Source: a bacterium (GTDB lineage: Bacteria > UBA8248). From it: a stretch of DNA of 64,000 nt. This document shows, one piece after another, positions 35,313-44,957 of the stretch. The translations under genes were made by a program, and so were the position numbers. Under the pieces are notes generated by a model. That model made no database searches. It was not told where the DNA came from and was given only the letters and a program-made list of their open reading frames with translations. Positions within the stretch are counted from its first letter, which is position 1, and each line of letters starts with the position of its first letter. The stretch lies in assembly GCA_965261085.1 (NCBI GenBank), contig OZ253442.1:3936001-4000000 (forward strand). Direction: 5' to 3'.

Positions 35313-35762
35313 TCATCGGTCGGGATTGACCCTCCCCCTCACCCATCGCGCCGCGCCGCGCAGCCTGCGCAGCCACGGGTAGAAAACGCGCACGCGCTTG
35401 GGATTCGAGGCGAACCATTTCGCGAGCGTCCTGAACCAGCCGCCTTCGCTCGTCATCGCTTCGAGCGCCGTCATCGCAGAAGCGCCCTGATAGCGCCGAC
35501 CGTCCAGGACGAGCGCCATCCCCTCCTCCACCTCGCACCCATCTTTGCGCAATTCGGCCACGAGGTCGGGCGCCCGGTTCGCGTCGATGAGCGTTAGAGG
35601 CCGCCCGGCCTGCGTCTTGAACCCCGATTTTCGCGCGTAGAAGCTGCAGAATGGACACTCGCCGTCATAGAGCAAAAAGTCGTCCTGAGAAGATGCGTCG
35701 GTAGGTTCGGTGCGCTCGGCTTCCGGTGAAGTCATCATCGCCTCCTCCTGTTCCACGCTCAT
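35313..35762 (-). CDS. DCC1-like (DUF393) thiol-disulfide oxidoreductase
   Basis: LLYDGECPFCS motif; YPWLRRLR C-terminus. Confidence 0.85.
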   Translation of the reverse strand: MSVEQEEAMMTSPEAERTEPTDASSQDDFLLYDGECPFCSFYARKSGFKTQAGRPLTLIDANRAPDLVAELRKDGCEVEEGMALVLDGRRYQGASAMTALEAMTSEGGWFRTLAKWFASNPKRVRVFYPWLRRLRGAARWVRGRVNPDR

Positions 35763-35883
35763 ATTCTCCGCGCGTAAGGGCGTCGAAGCAAGCGTTTGCG
35801 GCTGCGTGGCGGCTATTCACGCGCTGAAGAACAGAGGTCAAGAGGGGGATATGCGACCAAGGAGCAGAGCATTCTTGTAAATT

Positions 35884-36049
35884 ACTCCCCCCTTGAGGGG
35901 GAGTCGCAGAAGCCGAACTCTTTGAGTGAAGGCTGATGCGGTGGGGGGCGATTTCCGCAATTTCTCCCTCTTCGTTCAGGATTGACCCCCCACCGGCGCG
36001 ACTGCGGTCTTGCTCCCTTGTCTTGCCGACTCCCCCTCAAGGGGGGAGT
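35884..36049. repeat. Palindromic intergenic element (MITE/CIR-like)
   Basis: Terminal inverted ACTCCCCCCTTGAGGGGGAGTC / GACTCCCCCTCAAGGGGGGAGT; inner GGTGGGGGG / CCCCCCACC. Confidence 0.85.
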
Positions 36050-36098
36050 GACAAGAGGTTCCCTTCTCGCCCAGTTCTCCTCCCAAGTCGGGTTTGCT

Positions 36099-36320
36099 CT
36101 ACCACTCCGCTGGGCAAGTTTGGGCTTCGAGTCGGCTCCGCTCTGACCGGAGGGTAACGAACACCTGATCTACCCGGCCAAGCAGGCTGCACAAAATCCG
36201 GTAATCCTCGGCTACGAATTGTTGCAGGCGACCATGCTTGGCGATGAACTCCTCCCCCACTCGGCCCACGATGAGCAGGATGAGGAGATTCGCGTCGATG
36301 AAGTACCCGGCCGGGGGCAT
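36099..36320 (-). pseudogene. Truncated PIN-domain protein
   Basis: YFIDANLLILL...VFVT PIN N-terminus, then unrelated sequence and an early stop. Confidence 0.6.
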
Positions 36321-36324
36321 CAAA

Positions 36325-36609
36325 TCATTCGGAAACAGTAGGCAGGACGCGATCCGTGACCGACGACACGTTACCGCTATGCTTGTTAATGCTTACTACC
36401 TTATAGGAGCGCGCTTCGTGCTGTTTGCCGAACACGGTGGTCAAGGTGCCCCGCTGAGATAGCGGACGATAAAAACCGATGGTTATCTTCCAGTCGCTTG
36501 ACCCCATGTCGAGATCAACTTCTTCAAGGCCGACACCCGTGATCGCCTCATCGCCGAAAAGATCAATAATGTATTCTTTCGCTGTTTTCACGGCTTCCTT
36601 CACTTCCAT
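36325..36609 (-). CDS. Hypothetical protein, partner of the PIN gene
   Basis: 94 aa; GLEEVD...WKITIGF; RBS AGGAG; directly upstream of the PIN fragment. Confidence 0.7.
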   Translation of the reverse strand: MEVKEAVKTAKEYIIDLFGDEAITGVGLEEVDLDMGSSDWKITIGFYRPLSQRGTLTTVFGKQHEARSYKVVSINKHSGNVSSVTDRVLPTVSE

Positions 36610-36707
36610 TGGAGTCTCCTTTTCGCTTTTGGGTCCTCCAAGAACAATTCATAACACGGCCCAAGAGAGGAGACAAGAAAACACCCTTCTTCGCGGAAGA
36701 TCGCCTG

Positions 36708-38474
36708 CTACCACCCCACAGCATAGGATTCGCGCCTCGGGTCGGCCCCGCCGAGCAGGAAACCCGTTTCAGGGTCTTTCACGATGGCGCAGACGCTGCC
36801 GGGCGGCCAGCCGAAATCGGGCCACGAACCCATCTTGTAGCCCATCTCGGAGAGCGCGGGACCGACATCGCTCAGAAGCCGCGCCTCCGCTCGCGCGCTC
36901 GCAGGCTCATACTGATGGGGCCAGAACGAGTTGGGGAAATTGTAGGTAGCGGCTCTCGGCGCCTCGACCGCCATTTGGGGCATCATGCCGAAAAGGGCGT
37001 GGTTCAGGAAGACCTGCAGCATGACCTGGGGCTGGGCGTCGCCCCCCGGGGTGCCCAGCGTCATGTAGAACGCGCCGTCTTTGAGCGTGAGGGCCGGGTT
37101 GGGGGTTAGTCTCGGCCGCTTCCAGGGCGCCAGGCAGCTCGGATGCGCGGGGTCGAGCCAGCTTTGGGAACCGCGTCCCGAGACGGTCGCGCCTAAGCCG
37201 GGCACGAAGGGCATCGCGTTCGATGGGTCGGAAGGCGTGCAGGAAAAGGCATTGCCCTCAGAATCCACCGCCGTGCAGTAGGAGGTGTCGTGCTGGTACT
37301 CGGTCTCCGATTTTTTCGGAACGCGGTGCGCGCCGTCGTAACGCCAGGGATGCGCGCCGCCTTGATGCGCCCAGGGGTCTCCGGGTTCGGGCATGTCGGC
37401 AAAGGCGGCTCCTGCCTCGATTCGCTCAGCCTGCCGCGCGGCGTAATCTTTGGAGAGAAGGCCGTCCACCGGCACGTCCACGAACTCGGGGTCTCCGATG
37501 AAGGCCTCCCTGTCCGCAAACGCGAGATTGAGCGCGGCCATCATCGTGTGGAGGTAGGCGGGAGAATTGTGGCCCAGGGCCGTGAGGTCGAAGTTGGCGA
37601 GAATGTTCATCGCCTCTAACAGCGTCGGCCCCTGACACCAGGGACCGCAGGCGTACACCTCCTGGCCCAGGAATTCCGTCGCCACGGGCTCTTCTTCCAG
37701 AACGTGGAAATCGGCCAGATCACCCATCGTCATCAGTCCGCCGTTTCGCTGGATGAAGTCGATCATCAGGCGGGCCGTCTCTCCGGTGTAGACCTCATCG
37801 CGCGCCGCGCGCACGCCCCCGGCGCGACCGCCCGCCGCCCTTTGCTCCGCGCGCACCATGCGCCTCATCGTCTCGGCCAGATCGGGAATCCGCACCCGCC
37901 CGCCCACGGGGATGAGATGTCCTTTTGGAAAATAGATGGGCCGCGCCGATTCCCACCGGGCGTAGGATTCTTCCGCCGCCTTGATGTGGTCGTACATGAA
38001 ATGGTGCATGGGAAAACCGGCGTCCGCCAGGGAAATGGCGTCTTGGGCCACCTCGGCGAAGGTCATCGTGCCGTAGCACTCAAGCGCGGTGAGCCAGGCG
38101 TCCGCCGCCGCAGGGGTTACGGCCCGCCGGACTCCTGCGGGAATCTCGCCGCCGCAGTTTTTCTCGAACCAATCGATGGAGGCCGCCTTGGGCCAGCGGC
38201 CCAGACCGCTGATGGTCAAGACGCGTTTTTCTTTCGCCAGATAGATCATCGTGGGCGCGACGCCCAGGAACGACACCATGTCGGTCTGTAAGACGCTCAG
38301 GCAAATCCCCGCCGCGACGCCTGCGTCTATCGCGTTTCCGCCTTTTTCGAGGATCCTCAGTCCCGCCTGACTCGCGTAATGATGGCCGGATACGACCATC
38401 GCCTCACGCGCGGAAACCTGCGGCCTGTGGGAGATGTATTCGCGGCCTTCGGGAGTGGTGTGGCGAAACGCCAT
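36708..38474 (-). CDS. ggt: Gamma-glutamyltransferase family protein (no signal peptide)
   Basis: GGNAIDAGVA, nucleophile DTSY, GTPGGDAQPQ, GGADPRR. Confidence 0.9.
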   Translation of the reverse strand: MAFRHTTPEGREYISHRPQVSAREAMVVSGHHYASQAGLRILEKGGNAIDAGVAAGICLSVLQTDMVSFLGVAPTMIYLAKEKRVLTISGLGRWPKAASIDWFEKNCGGEIPAGVRRAVTPAAADAWLTALECYGTMTFAEVAQDAISLADAGFPMHHFMYDHIKAAEESYARWESARPIYFPKGHLIPVGGRVRIPDLAETMRRMVRAEQRAAGGRAGGVRAARDEVYTGETARLMIDFIQRNGGLMTMGDLADFHVLEEEPVATEFLGQEVYACGPWCQGPTLLEAMNILANFDLTALGHNSPAYLHTMMAALNLAFADREAFIGDPEFVDVPVDGLLSKDYAARQAERIEAGAAFADMPEPGDPWAHQGGAHPWRYDGAHRVPKKSETEYQHDTSYCTAVDSEGNAFSCTPSDPSNAMPFVPGLGATVSGRGSQSWLDPAHPSCLAPWKRPRLTPNPALTLKDGAFYMTLGTPGGDAQPQVMLQVFLNHALFGMMPQMAVEAPRAATYNFPNSFWPHQYEPASARAEARLLSDVGPALSEMGYKMGSWPDFGWPPGSVCAIVKDPETGFLLGGADPRRESYAVGW

Positions 38475-38563
38475 CAGGGAGCCTCCTTATCCAAGGAGAA
38501 TAGGTTAGTCGCCATATTGCCAGATGTTTTCGGATAAGCGCAAAGAGAGTTTTCGGGCGATTC

Positions 38564-39466
38564 CTACGCCATCGCCTCATCCACGAAGCGCATGTCCACC
38601 GCCTCTTCATAAGCGACGCCCGTCCCGATCAGCCCGCCGCTCAGGCAGGCGGCCCGGAGCCACTCGAAGCTCTCTTGCGCGAGGTGGGGATTCTGGTTCC
38701 AGAGACCGAGGCTCTTGTAGCGCGCGATAGCCTGAGCCAGAAGCTCGAAATCCATATCCTCGAACCAGGACTTCACGAGGCGGGCAATCGCCTCCGCGTC
38801 GTTATCTGCGAGCCAGCGCTCGGTCCTCAGTATGGCGCGCGTCATGCCGAGGGCGGATTCGGGGTTTTCTCTCAAAAACGAGGCCGACGCGTAAAACGCC
38901 GTATAGGTCGTCAGCCCCCGCTCCGCCGCCTGATACCAGACTTGGGGCCCGCCCTCTCGTATCAACTCCTCCGCAAAGGGCTGAAACACCTGGATGACGT
39001 CCACCTCGCCCGCGCGCAGGGCGTCTGCGTTCTCACCCATCGTCTTGTCCGGGATTCTCTCCAGCGCCGCCGGATCGAGCCCCGCCAGGCGCAAGTCGTG
39101 CTGAAGGCACATCCAGGGGGTGGGCACTTCGCTCACCGTGGCGATTTTGGGTCCCAACAGCTCGCTCATCCGGAATCCCGTGTTCGGCTCGCGACCGATG
39201 AGAAAAAACGGGTCGCGGCAGACGACCTCGCAGAACACCTTGAGGTCGCAATCCGGGTTTTTATCGTAGGCCACCATGACGCGCATGGGACCTCCCCAGC
39301 TCACCTGGGCGTCGCCGGACATGAGCAGGTTCGCGTTCTGGGCGGGATCGGGCGAGGTTTCCAGGCGAACGTCGACGCCCTGCTCTTCGAAGGCCCCCAA
39401 ACTGAAGGCGGCGTAGAACGGCGTATAGAAAACGGCCCTGAAATTCTCAAGCAGCGTGATACTCAA
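38564..39466 (-). CDS. ABC transporter substrate-binding protein (NMT1/THI5-like)
   Basis: ENFRAVFYTPFY, WGGPMR, FQPFAE; TTG start after GAGGAG. Confidence 0.82.
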   Translation of the reverse strand: MSITLLENFRAVFYTPFYAAFSLGAFEEQGVDVRLETSPDPAQNANLLMSGDAQVSWGGPMRVMVAYDKNPDCDLKVFCEVVCRDPFFLIGREPNTGFRMSELLGPKIATVSEVPTPWMCLQHDLRLAGLDPAALERIPDKTMGENADALRAGEVDVIQVFQPFAEELIREGGPQVWYQAAERGLTTYTAFYASASFLRENPESALGMTRAILRTERWLADNDAEAIARLVKSWFEDMDFELLAQAIARYKSLGLWNQNPHLAQESFEWLRAACLSGGLIGTGVAYEEAVDMRFVDEAMA

Positions 39467-39830
39467 ATCGATCTCCTCATGCGGAGCGACCGGCGCGGCG
39501 GCCCGCCTTGGCACTCGAAATCACTCCATCTTATTCATCATACCGCGACCGGATTTTCGACGTGGGCCGAGGTGTACACCCTAATCTCCCGAGGCCGTGT
39601 AGGCAACGAACGCCTGCCGCTTCTTGACAGTAGCCCATCGAGCCTGGGGTGGTGAAATACTGATTCGCCATGCACACCCCAAGCCACTATTTATATTTCA
39701 TGAATCCCCGTTTGTAGAGTTCATACTCCAGACGCAGCTTCACCTCTCGTGGGACGAATTTATATAATTTATATATGATTGTCGCTGCCACGCACAGAAT
39801 GACGATCGTTTCGATAATTGCACCCTCCGT

Positions 39831-39932
39831 CTAAGAGACCAAAGCCTTTTCCGCATAGGCCCCCAGTGCGAAGGCGGCGTAGAACGGCGTATAGAAAACG
39901 GCCCTGAAATTCTCAAGCAGCGTGATGCTCAC
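39831..39932 (-). pseudogene. 33-aa duplicate of the N-terminus of the adjacent substrate-binding protein gene
   Basis: GAAGGCGGCGTAGAACGG...CAAGCAGCGTGAT is identical at about 39404-39460 and 39870-39926; has its own AGGAGG and GTG; early TAG. Confidence 0.8.
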
Positions 39933-39980
39933 ATGAACCTCCTATGGGACGTGCATTACCCAGAGACGTAACGACTCTCC

Positions 39981-41204
39981 TCAAAGCATCGGCGTTATGG
40001 TTTTCATCATCAATTCACGCTCGTCGATCCCGAACACCCCGGCCAGCCAGTCGGCGAGAACCTCCTGGCCGATGGTGGGGTTGTCGTGCTGGCAGTGGTC
40101 GGCGCCCGTCTCCTCCTCATCGACGAGCCTGAGCGTCACGTCCACCCCCGCCACTTGGGCGGCCTCATACACCCTGCGCGCCTGGGCCACGCCGAGCACG
40201 TCGTAGCCCCCGTGGACGATGAGGAAGGGACACTTCATACGTCCGATGTGTCCTTCCAGCGTATAGGGGGCGAGCTTCTCGACCGCTTCTCGCACGCTCG
40301 CGGCGCCGAACACCCACTTGATGGAATCGGCCAGGCGGTGATCTTCGCCCGCGTCGCGCCACAGGTCCTGCAGGCTCCACCCGGCGGTGTGGGAGAGAGC
40401 GGCGGCGAGCCGAGATTCATAGCAGGCCGCCCGGGCGGCGAAATGGCCTCCGATTCCCCCGCCGCAGACGGCGATCCGGGAGGGGTCCACATCTGCCCGC
40501 GTCTCGAGATAATCGATGCAGCGGCCCACGGGCGCCTCGTAGTCGTGGCGGCTGGTGATGCCCCCCCGCCTGAGCGTGCCGCCCTGGCCGGGGCCGTCGA
40601 TCATCAAGACCGATATGCCGCGCTGCAAGAAGCCCCGGCCCGCCATGAACCACATTTCATCCTTATAGGCGTCCAAGCCGCCGAAGGAGATGAGGGCGGG
40701 TTGTTTCTCCACGCGGAATGGCGCGGGCGCGAAATAGGCGTCCAGATGCGCGCCGTTCTCATAAGGGACCTGCACCACCTCGCCGGGAGGTGTGAGATGG
40801 GCGAGAAACGCCTTGGAGCACGCCTCCACCTTCTCGAAAGTAGCGAGCCTGCGCGGATCGGCCGACTCGAGCCAGAATTCCGCACTCCTGTAGTAATCCA
40901 CAGCGCGCAGCCAGCAGTTGCGCGCCGTCTGGATGCGCCCCGCAGCGGCCGCCTCATCCCCGCGTGCGCGGTTGCGATCGCCCACGCGCGTCCACTCCAC
41001 GTACCAGCTCTCGTTGTCGCCGGGCGTCATGCGGCTCGCGGCCTGAAAGCACTCGCTCACCGAGCCGCCGCCTTCCTGGGTTTCGCCCAGAGCGCGGCGA
41101 AACTGATAGGACATCCAGGGATGCTCGGGCCAGTGGTGCCAGCCGTAGGGTTCGTAGTGCGGCCCCCGGGATTCGTCTATCCGGTCGATCGCTTTTTCTT
41201 CCAT
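39981..41204 (-). CDS. Alpha/beta hydrolase family (2,6-dihydroxypseudooxynicotine hydrolase-like), nucleophile Ser absent
   Basis: FGGLDAYKDE, DGPGQG, GADHCQHDN; elbow reads CGGGIGG. Confidence 0.82.
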   Translation of the reverse strand: MEEKAIDRIDESRGPHYEPYGWHHWPEHPWMSYQFRRALGETQEGGGSVSECFQAASRMTPGDNESWYVEWTRVGDRNRARGDEAAAAGRIQTARNCWLRAVDYYRSAEFWLESADPRRLATFEKVEACSKAFLAHLTPPGEVVQVPYENGAHLDAYFAPAPFRVEKQPALISFGGLDAYKDEMWFMAGRGFLQRGISVLMIDGPGQGGTLRRGGITSRHDYEAPVGRCIDYLETRADVDPSRIAVCGGGIGGHFAARAACYESRLAAALSHTAGWSLQDLWRDAGEDHRLADSIKWVFGAASVREAVEKLAPYTLEGHIGRMKCPFLIVHGGYDVLGVAQARRVYEAAQVAGVDVTLRLVDEEETGADHCQHDNPTIGQEVLADWLAGVFGIDERELMMKTITPML

Positions 41205-41374
41205 GAGAAGACTCCCCCCAAAATCAGATCCAAATGGTGAAAGCGCCCGCTCGGCCAGCGGATGAAGGAGACTACCCCCGCGCGAGCGGAATCGAAATCA
41301 GATGGTGAGCGATACCTGCCTCTCCCTCATGCGAACCTCTCGGCCGACCGAGCGACTCGCCGGCCTCTGCACCC

Positions 41375-43348
41375 CTATGCGGAAGCGGCACCTCCCGCCA
41401 CGGCGGCGGGCGTGGGTTCGCCCTCCTCGGCGAGGCGTTTTTTCTGGATCAGGAAAACCGCGCCCAGCATGAGCGCGCCCAGCGCGTGGTTCCAGTATCC
41501 CGGCCAGAACAATAGCCCGGCGGTAAGGATGAGAAGCGCGCGCATCGGGGTCGAGAAGCGGAAATACATGAACCCGACCATGCCGGCGGACAGGGACTGG
41601 AAGCCGAGAAGCGCCGCGGCGAAAGTCTCGAGCGATAGCCAGGGCTGGCGGATGAGCAGAATCGGGGTGAATGCGAACATCATGGGCAGGATGTACATGC
41701 CCTTCGCCGTGCGGAAAGACGCCCAGGCGGCCTTCGCCGGGTTGGCGCCCGCTATCCCCGCCGCCGTATAGGCGGGCACGCACACGGGGGGCGTGAAGCA
41801 ACTGTCCAGGCTGTACCAGAACACGATGAGGTGGGCCGAGAGGAGCGAGAGCTTGTACGGCTCCCCGAGTTCCAGGAGCGCGGGCACGGCCATGATGGAC
41901 AAGACGATGTAGGCGGCGCTCGTCGGCAGGCCCATGCCGAGCACGAACGAAGCCACGCCCACCAGGAGAATCCCCAGGAACAGGTTGTCGCCCGCCAGAT
42001 TCGTGACCAAAGAGGAGAATTTAAGCCCCAGGCCGGTCTGGAACAACGCTCCCATGATGATGCCCACGGCGCCCACCGCCGCGCAGATGGGAAGCGACTG
42101 AATTGCGCCCTTCTCGAGCGCCAAGACAATGTTCCAAAGCCCCCTGGCCACTTCGCCGACAACCTCGCCTACGCTCGTGCCCTCCGTTCTGGCTTTTTCC
42201 CACAAAACGAGAGCACCCTTCAGCGCCGCCAGGAGCACGACGGAGAGAATGCCCGCCAAGCCCGCATAGGGAACGGTTCTGCCCGTCATGAGAATCGCCA
42301 TAATCACGATGGGGGGGAGAAGGTAGAACCACCCCTCCTTCATGATGGGACCCAGAGGGGGTATCAACTCCCTGGGCATACCCACCAGGCCCTCTTTTCT
42401 CGCTTCTAAATGCACGATCACATAGACGGAGAAGAAATACAAAACGGCGGGCAGAATCGATACCTTCACGATTTCCCAATACGATATACCGGTGAACTCC
42501 ACGATCAGGAACGCAGACGCTCCCATGACGGGCGGCATAATCTGCCCTCCCGTGGAGGCCGCCGTCTCGATGGCCGCCGCTATCTCGGGCTTGAAGCCGG
42601 TGCGCTTCATCATCGGGATGGTGAACGAACCCGTGGTGACCACGTTCGCGTTCGCGCTGCCCATGATAGTGCCCGTCATGGCGCTGGCGAACACCGCCGC
42701 CTTCGCCGGCCCGCCGCGCCGCCTGCCGGCGGCCGACATGGAGAGTTTCACGTAGAAATCCGCGGCCCCCATGCGGTCCAGAAACGCGCCGAACAGGATG
42801 AACAAGAAGATGTAGACCGAAAAGACGCTCAAAGGCGTCGTCCACAGGCCATCGTAGGTCATGTACTGATGATCCACGATGTGCGTGTAGGAGGCCCCCT
42901 TGTGCGCCAGATGCCAGGGAAAATAGGGGCCGAAATACGAATAGACGACGAAGAAAAGCGATATCATCGGAAGCGCCAGGTTGATGGTCCTTCGCGCCGC
43001 CTCGAAGGCGAGCACCAGAGCCACCGTGCCCAGGATCAGGTCCATGGGCATGAGCGGCTCGACGAAATGTAGGCGATCCAGATAATAGTCGGTGTTCAGT
43101 ATCGGGTAGGAGATGGAGACGACCGCCAGGAGGCAGACGACGGCCGATACAACAGCGCGCCACCTGCCTCCTCCGGGTTTCCTGTAGATGATGAATATCA
43201 GAGACATCCCGAACAGGTACGAGAGCGCCCTCTGGAAAAGCGGTTCATACCCTCCCGTATAGGCCACCTGGATATGAAAGACGGACATGCCGACCGCTAT
43301 CGCCAGGACAAGCCAATCCAGAGGGGTTCTTTCCTTTATATCGCTCAC
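41375..43348 (-). CDS. TRAP transporter fused 4TM/12TM permease
   Basis: GGPAKAAV, ASTGGQIMPPVMG, LGMGLPT, TPPV. Confidence 0.93.
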   Translation of the reverse strand: MSDIKERTPLDWLVLAIAVGMSVFHIQVAYTGGYEPLFQRALSYLFGMSLIFIIYRKPGGGRWRAVVSAVVCLLAVVSISYPILNTDYYLDRLHFVEPLMPMDLILGTVALVLAFEAARRTINLALPMISLFFVVYSYFGPYFPWHLAHKGASYTHIVDHQYMTYDGLWTTPLSVFSVYIFLFILFGAFLDRMGAADFYVKLSMSAAGRRRGGPAKAAVFASAMTGTIMGSANANVVTTGSFTIPMMKRTGFKPEIAAAIETAASTGGQIMPPVMGASAFLIVEFTGISYWEIVKVSILPAVLYFFSVYVIVHLEARKEGLVGMPRELIPPLGPIMKEGWFYLLPPIVIMAILMTGRTVPYAGLAGILSVVLLAALKGALVLWEKARTEGTSVGEVVGEVARGLWNIVLALEKGAIQSLPICAAVGAVGIIMGALFQTGLGLKFSSLVTNLAGDNLFLGILLVGVASFVLGMGLPTSAAYIVLSIMAVPALLELGEPYKLSLLSAHLIVFWYSLDSCFTPPVCVPAYTAAGIAGANPAKAAWASFRTAKGMYILPMMFAFTPILLIRQPWLSLETFAAALLGFQSLSAGMVGFMYFRFSTPMRALLILTAGLLFWPGYWNHALGALMLGAVFLIQKKRLAEEGEPTPAAVAGGAASA

Positions 43349-43372
43349 GCTCTCGCCTCTTCCCCGGGATGG

Positions 43373-44356
43373 TTACATCGACGCCCCGATCTCCTTGTAG
43401 AAGCGCTTGGCGCCATCATGCAGCGGCACTCCGATGTTCATGCTCGCCTTCTTGGGGTCCCAACTCTTATATATCTTGTGGACGCCACCGAGGAACTTCC
43501 GCTCGGCTTTCGCTATCTTGAGGATCGAATAAACCACATCGGCGCTCATCTTGGTCGTGGTGAGCAGCACGCCTGAAAGCCCCATCGAGTCCTTGGGATT
43601 GGGGTTTCCCTTGTAAATGCCGCCAGGAATCTGGCAGGGCGTGAAGCCGTGGCCCGCCAGCAACTTCTTCACGTCATCGGACATGTCCAGGAGCACGATA
43701 TTCCGGCCGAGGGCCGCCTGGATGCCCGAGCCGTTGGGGTCGCCCGAGTTATGGAAGTAGTAATCGATCTGGCGCCCCCTGATGGCGCGCGACATGCCGC
43801 CCACGCCGGCGAAGTTGAGCTTGTAGCCGCGCTTGGTGAGCGCCTTGTAGCTCGTGCCGTAGTGCTTGACGATCACGCTCCCCACGAACTCCGTGCTGGT
43901 TCCCTTCTTGGCCACGCCCACCTTCTGCGGTTTTTTCGCCTTGATGATGTCGCGCCAGGTCTTGATGCCGGAGTCGTAGAGTTCCTTGGCTGCGTACTGG
44001 TGGTAACAAGAATCCCAGAAAGTGGCGATGCCCCGGAGGTCCTTGTAGACCTTCTTGAAGGGGGACTTGCCGGCCAGCGCCGCGCCGGCGAAGTTCGAGA
44101 AAGAATAGCCGAAATCAGCACCTCCTCCTCCCACGCGCGCCGGGTTGGCGCGCCCGCCGCCGGGCACTACGCTGTAGATGACCTTGTTCTGTTTCCTGTT
44201 GAGAATTTCGCTGAGGCCCGCGCCCAGCCTGCCCATGGTGCCGCCCAGGGTGCCGACCGCGATGTCGTATTTCGCTGGCGCGCTGTAGGCGTCGCCCACC
44301 GCCAGAAACGGCGCGACCAGGGCCAGAATTCCGAACATCATGATGATTTTCTTCAT
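43373..44356 (-). CDS. TAXI-family TRAP substrate-binding protein
   Basis: Signal peptide; GTLGGT, IPGGIY, VPLHDGAKRFYKE. Confidence 0.9.
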   Translation of the reverse strand: MKKIIMMFGILALVAPFLAVGDAYSAPAKYDIAVGTLGGTMGRLGAGLSEILNRKQNKVIYSVVPGGGRANPARVGGGGADFGYSFSNFAGAALAGKSPFKKVYKDLRGIATFWDSCYHQYAAKELYDSGIKTWRDIIKAKKPQKVGVAKKGTSTEFVGSVIVKHYGTSYKALTKRGYKLNFAGVGGMSRAIRGRQIDYYFHNSGDPNGSGIQAALGRNIVLLDMSDDVKKLLAGHGFTPCQIPGGIYKGNPNPKDSMGLSGVLLTTTKMSADVVYSILKIAKAERKFLGGVHKIYKSWDPKKASMNIGVPLHDGAKRFYKEIGASM

Positions 44357-44606
44357 TTTCCCTCTCCCTTGGTAAATGACGTAAGACTTCAAAAGGTGCT
44401 TCAACAGGCTTCCACTCATGAGAGACGTTTCAGTGAGAACAAACCCCCTCGATGCGTTCTCAATGAGCGCTCTTTTCTGTATGCTTGGGCCGGAATCTTA
44501 CAGACGGGAGCGTTTCGCGTCAACGAATCTTAGGTATCACGCGAGCGTTTCTGTCCCGAATTCTGGAACGACCCGAAAAATCGTATCTCCTGAAAGGAGC
44601 CGGAAC

Positions 44607-44957
44607 ATGCCGTTTTACCGTTGGGAGGAGATGAAGCGAAAAAACCTGGCGAGGCCGTCCGATTCAGAGGGCAGCATCATCATCGGCGAGCACGTCACCC
44701 TGAACCGTTCGGTGAGCCGGCCCGGCAAGCTGGCCCGCCCGCACACGCACGACTGCGAGCAAATCATCAACGTCGTCGAAGGAACCGCCTGGTTCCGGGT
44801 GGGGGATGAGGAAAAATCCGTCACCGCAGGCGACATCATCCATATTCCCGAGGGAACCGAGCACGAGTTCAAAAACGAGGACGAAGGCGAATTCATCTAC
44901 CTTTCGTTCAAGAACAAATCGGAGGGCTGGCCCCCGCCTACCGCCACGATGGACTAG
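44607..44957 (+). CDS. Cupin domain protein
   Basis: PHTHDCEQ...GDIIHIPEGTEH; start trimmed to MPFYRW after AAGGAG. Confidence 0.85.
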   Translation: MPFYRWEEMKRKNLARPSDSEGSIIIGEHVTLNRSVSRPGKLARPHTHDCEQIINVVEGTAWFRVGDEEKSVTAGDIIHIPEGTEHEFKNEDEGEFIYLSFKNKSEGWPPPTATMD

